Part shown: in pieces, positions 62,493 to 64,000 of the stretch | Numbering within the stretch: position 1 is the stretch's first letter | Layout: every line of letters begins with the position of its first letter | Source of the DNA: Marsupella aquatica | Taxonomy: Eukaryota > Plantae > Marchantiophyta | NCBI GenBank assembly: GCA_973895155.1 | Contig: OZ316895.1 | Location: forward strand, 20,102,803-20,166,802 | Direction of reading: 5' to 3' | DNA length: 64,000 nt | The notes under the pieces: generated by a model | The model's database searches: none | What the model was told of the DNA's origin: nothing | The model's input: the letters and a program-made list of their open reading frames with translations, nothing else | Translations under genes and position numbers: made by a program

Positions 62493-64000
62493 CTAATCCT
62501 CCTCCTCTTCACTCACGGTGCCCTGGCTTGAGCCCCGTGAGTGGGCCTCCTCATCACTCTCCATTGGAGTGAGTGCCACTTCACTTCTCTTCTTCTTTAC
62601 CGGGGTACTCCTTGTGCTAGTGCTCCCCTGCTTTCTCAAATTGGCCAAGGCCTGCCACGCTTTAATGTACCCCTCACCAATGGTGTCCTTCCATAGGGTA
62701 GCCTCTTCTCCGGACCGCAACTCCAACGGTAGAACTTGCCCTGTGGCCATGGGAGTCCCGGGGGTGACAGACCTGGGTGGCATCCCTGTACTGACCTGAG
62801 CCTCCCGTAAGGATTTCCGTACCTCCCGAAGCTTCTTCTCCAAGCCCTTGCTCTTCTCCTGACTCTTCTTGGCTCCATCCAACAAGGGCCCATACTTCCC
62901 ACTAACCTCCTTCACCACCATCTCAATAGCCTGGGAGATCAAATCCGGAGAAAGTGTGGAGCTAGGAGTGCCGGGGCTCTTCCGTTTCCCCAGACTCAAG
63001 GCCTCACTCCTCTTTGCTTGTGTCTCAAAGGCGGCCACCTGACTCCGTAGTGCTCCCACCTAGTTTCTCCACTCCACCACTTCTCCAGAATTCTGCTTCT
63101 CTTTGGCCAATACTTGTCTCAATGCTCCCACCTCTTCTGCTTCCTTGGCCTTGGTGGACAAGGCTCCCTTCAAGTTGGAGATCTCTACGTGAGCTGCTTG
63201 GAGAAGCTTAACCTTCTCATGAATGGTCCCCTCCTTGGCCTTGATCACCTCCTTCAGAGACAGGGTACTCTGCTCTAACGTCTCTACTCTGGCTGTGGTG
63301 TGCTTGAGAGAATCTCTCAATGCGTGGACTAGCTTGAGTCCCTCATGGACTCCCTCTCTGAAATCCCGTAGCTCTGCCAGGTAAACATCCGGAATGTTGT
63401 AGGCCAGGGGCTCTTTCGGATCTCCCACGAAAGATTCAAGCCACTCCAATGTGTAGTCCTCATCCTGGTTTTCTTCTCCTCTATCTTCATCCCCACCAGC
63501 CGACGATGATTCCTCCGTGAGCTTCCCTATAACGGTAGTGGCAATACTCCGGATCTCCGTGGTGAGAGATGATTCCGTGTCTTCCTGTCCCGGGGAACCA
63601 ATCAACCCTTCTGCCCTGGCCAATACAAATGACCCCATCAAATGTACAGCCCCACCTGGTTTCACACTCCCGAGGTCAGCGGCCAACAGCTTCTTCAACC
63701 CGTAGTACCACCATCCGTACACATGGGCTGGGTGGTTCTTGATGTCCATAGCTACCACGAAATGCTCTTCATTCACCACCCCTGATTGCACGTTGCCAAG
63801 GACCCGTTGATGAACCTTGGCCAGGAATCCCTTATACTCAACATCCTTGACAGCGGAAAGAGAGATGGCAGTGGTGGAGGTGGGATTAATCACCCAAGTG
63901 GCCACCATCTTCAACGTGAGTTCTCCCCTGATGTGCCGAGGTGTGAATGAGAATTTCTGATTCTCCAGAAATAGCAGCCTAGCCAACTCTACATGGGGCA
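62493..64000 (-). pseudogene. Coiled-coil ORF of at least 500 codons with a single premature TAG (63060-63062); probable extra ORF of an Athila/Tat-type retrotransposon
   Basis: ORFs 63060..63986 and 62493..63059 are contiguous in one frame, which stays open to the window edge. The C-terminal half is heptad-rich (K/E/L). It lies upstream of a PPT-like tract at 61584-61601. Confidence 0.6.

Overview
This is eukaryotic nuclear DNA with GT-AG spliceosomal introns, from a land plant. The transposon lineages and gene style suggest a non-seed plant such as a bryophyte or liverwort (inference). Host genes, all on the minus strand, are an intronless ~402-aa predicted membrane protein (3678-4886), a multi-exon CHUP1/IPGA1-related At4g04980-like gene (~8149-13373) and a ~25-exon SMC6 gene (31198-42193). 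The rest is transposon- and repeat-rich. The left edge holds a TIR element carrying a decayed RPA70-C-like reading frame, and a MITE with the same TIR lies at 19.6-20.2 kb. There is also a Helitron-like 3' end, several minisatellites and a ~1.35-kb degenerate array upstream of SMC6. From ~46 kb to the end is a nested stack of four parts. (i) A decayed Ty3/gypsy pol whose integrase ends in a PHD finger. (ii) A Mutator-like SWIM transposase relic. (iii) A full-length 7.4-kb Ty3/gypsy element with 714-bp LTRs and a 4-bp ACGT target duplication, inserted into (ii). (iv) An Athila/Tat-like gag with a tRNA-Asp-type PBS, preceded by a probable shared LTR and a coiled-coil extra ORF. No CRISPR array, rRNA or tRNA gene was found. 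All calls come from reading the sequence by eye; exon boundaries and mismatch counts are manual and approximate.
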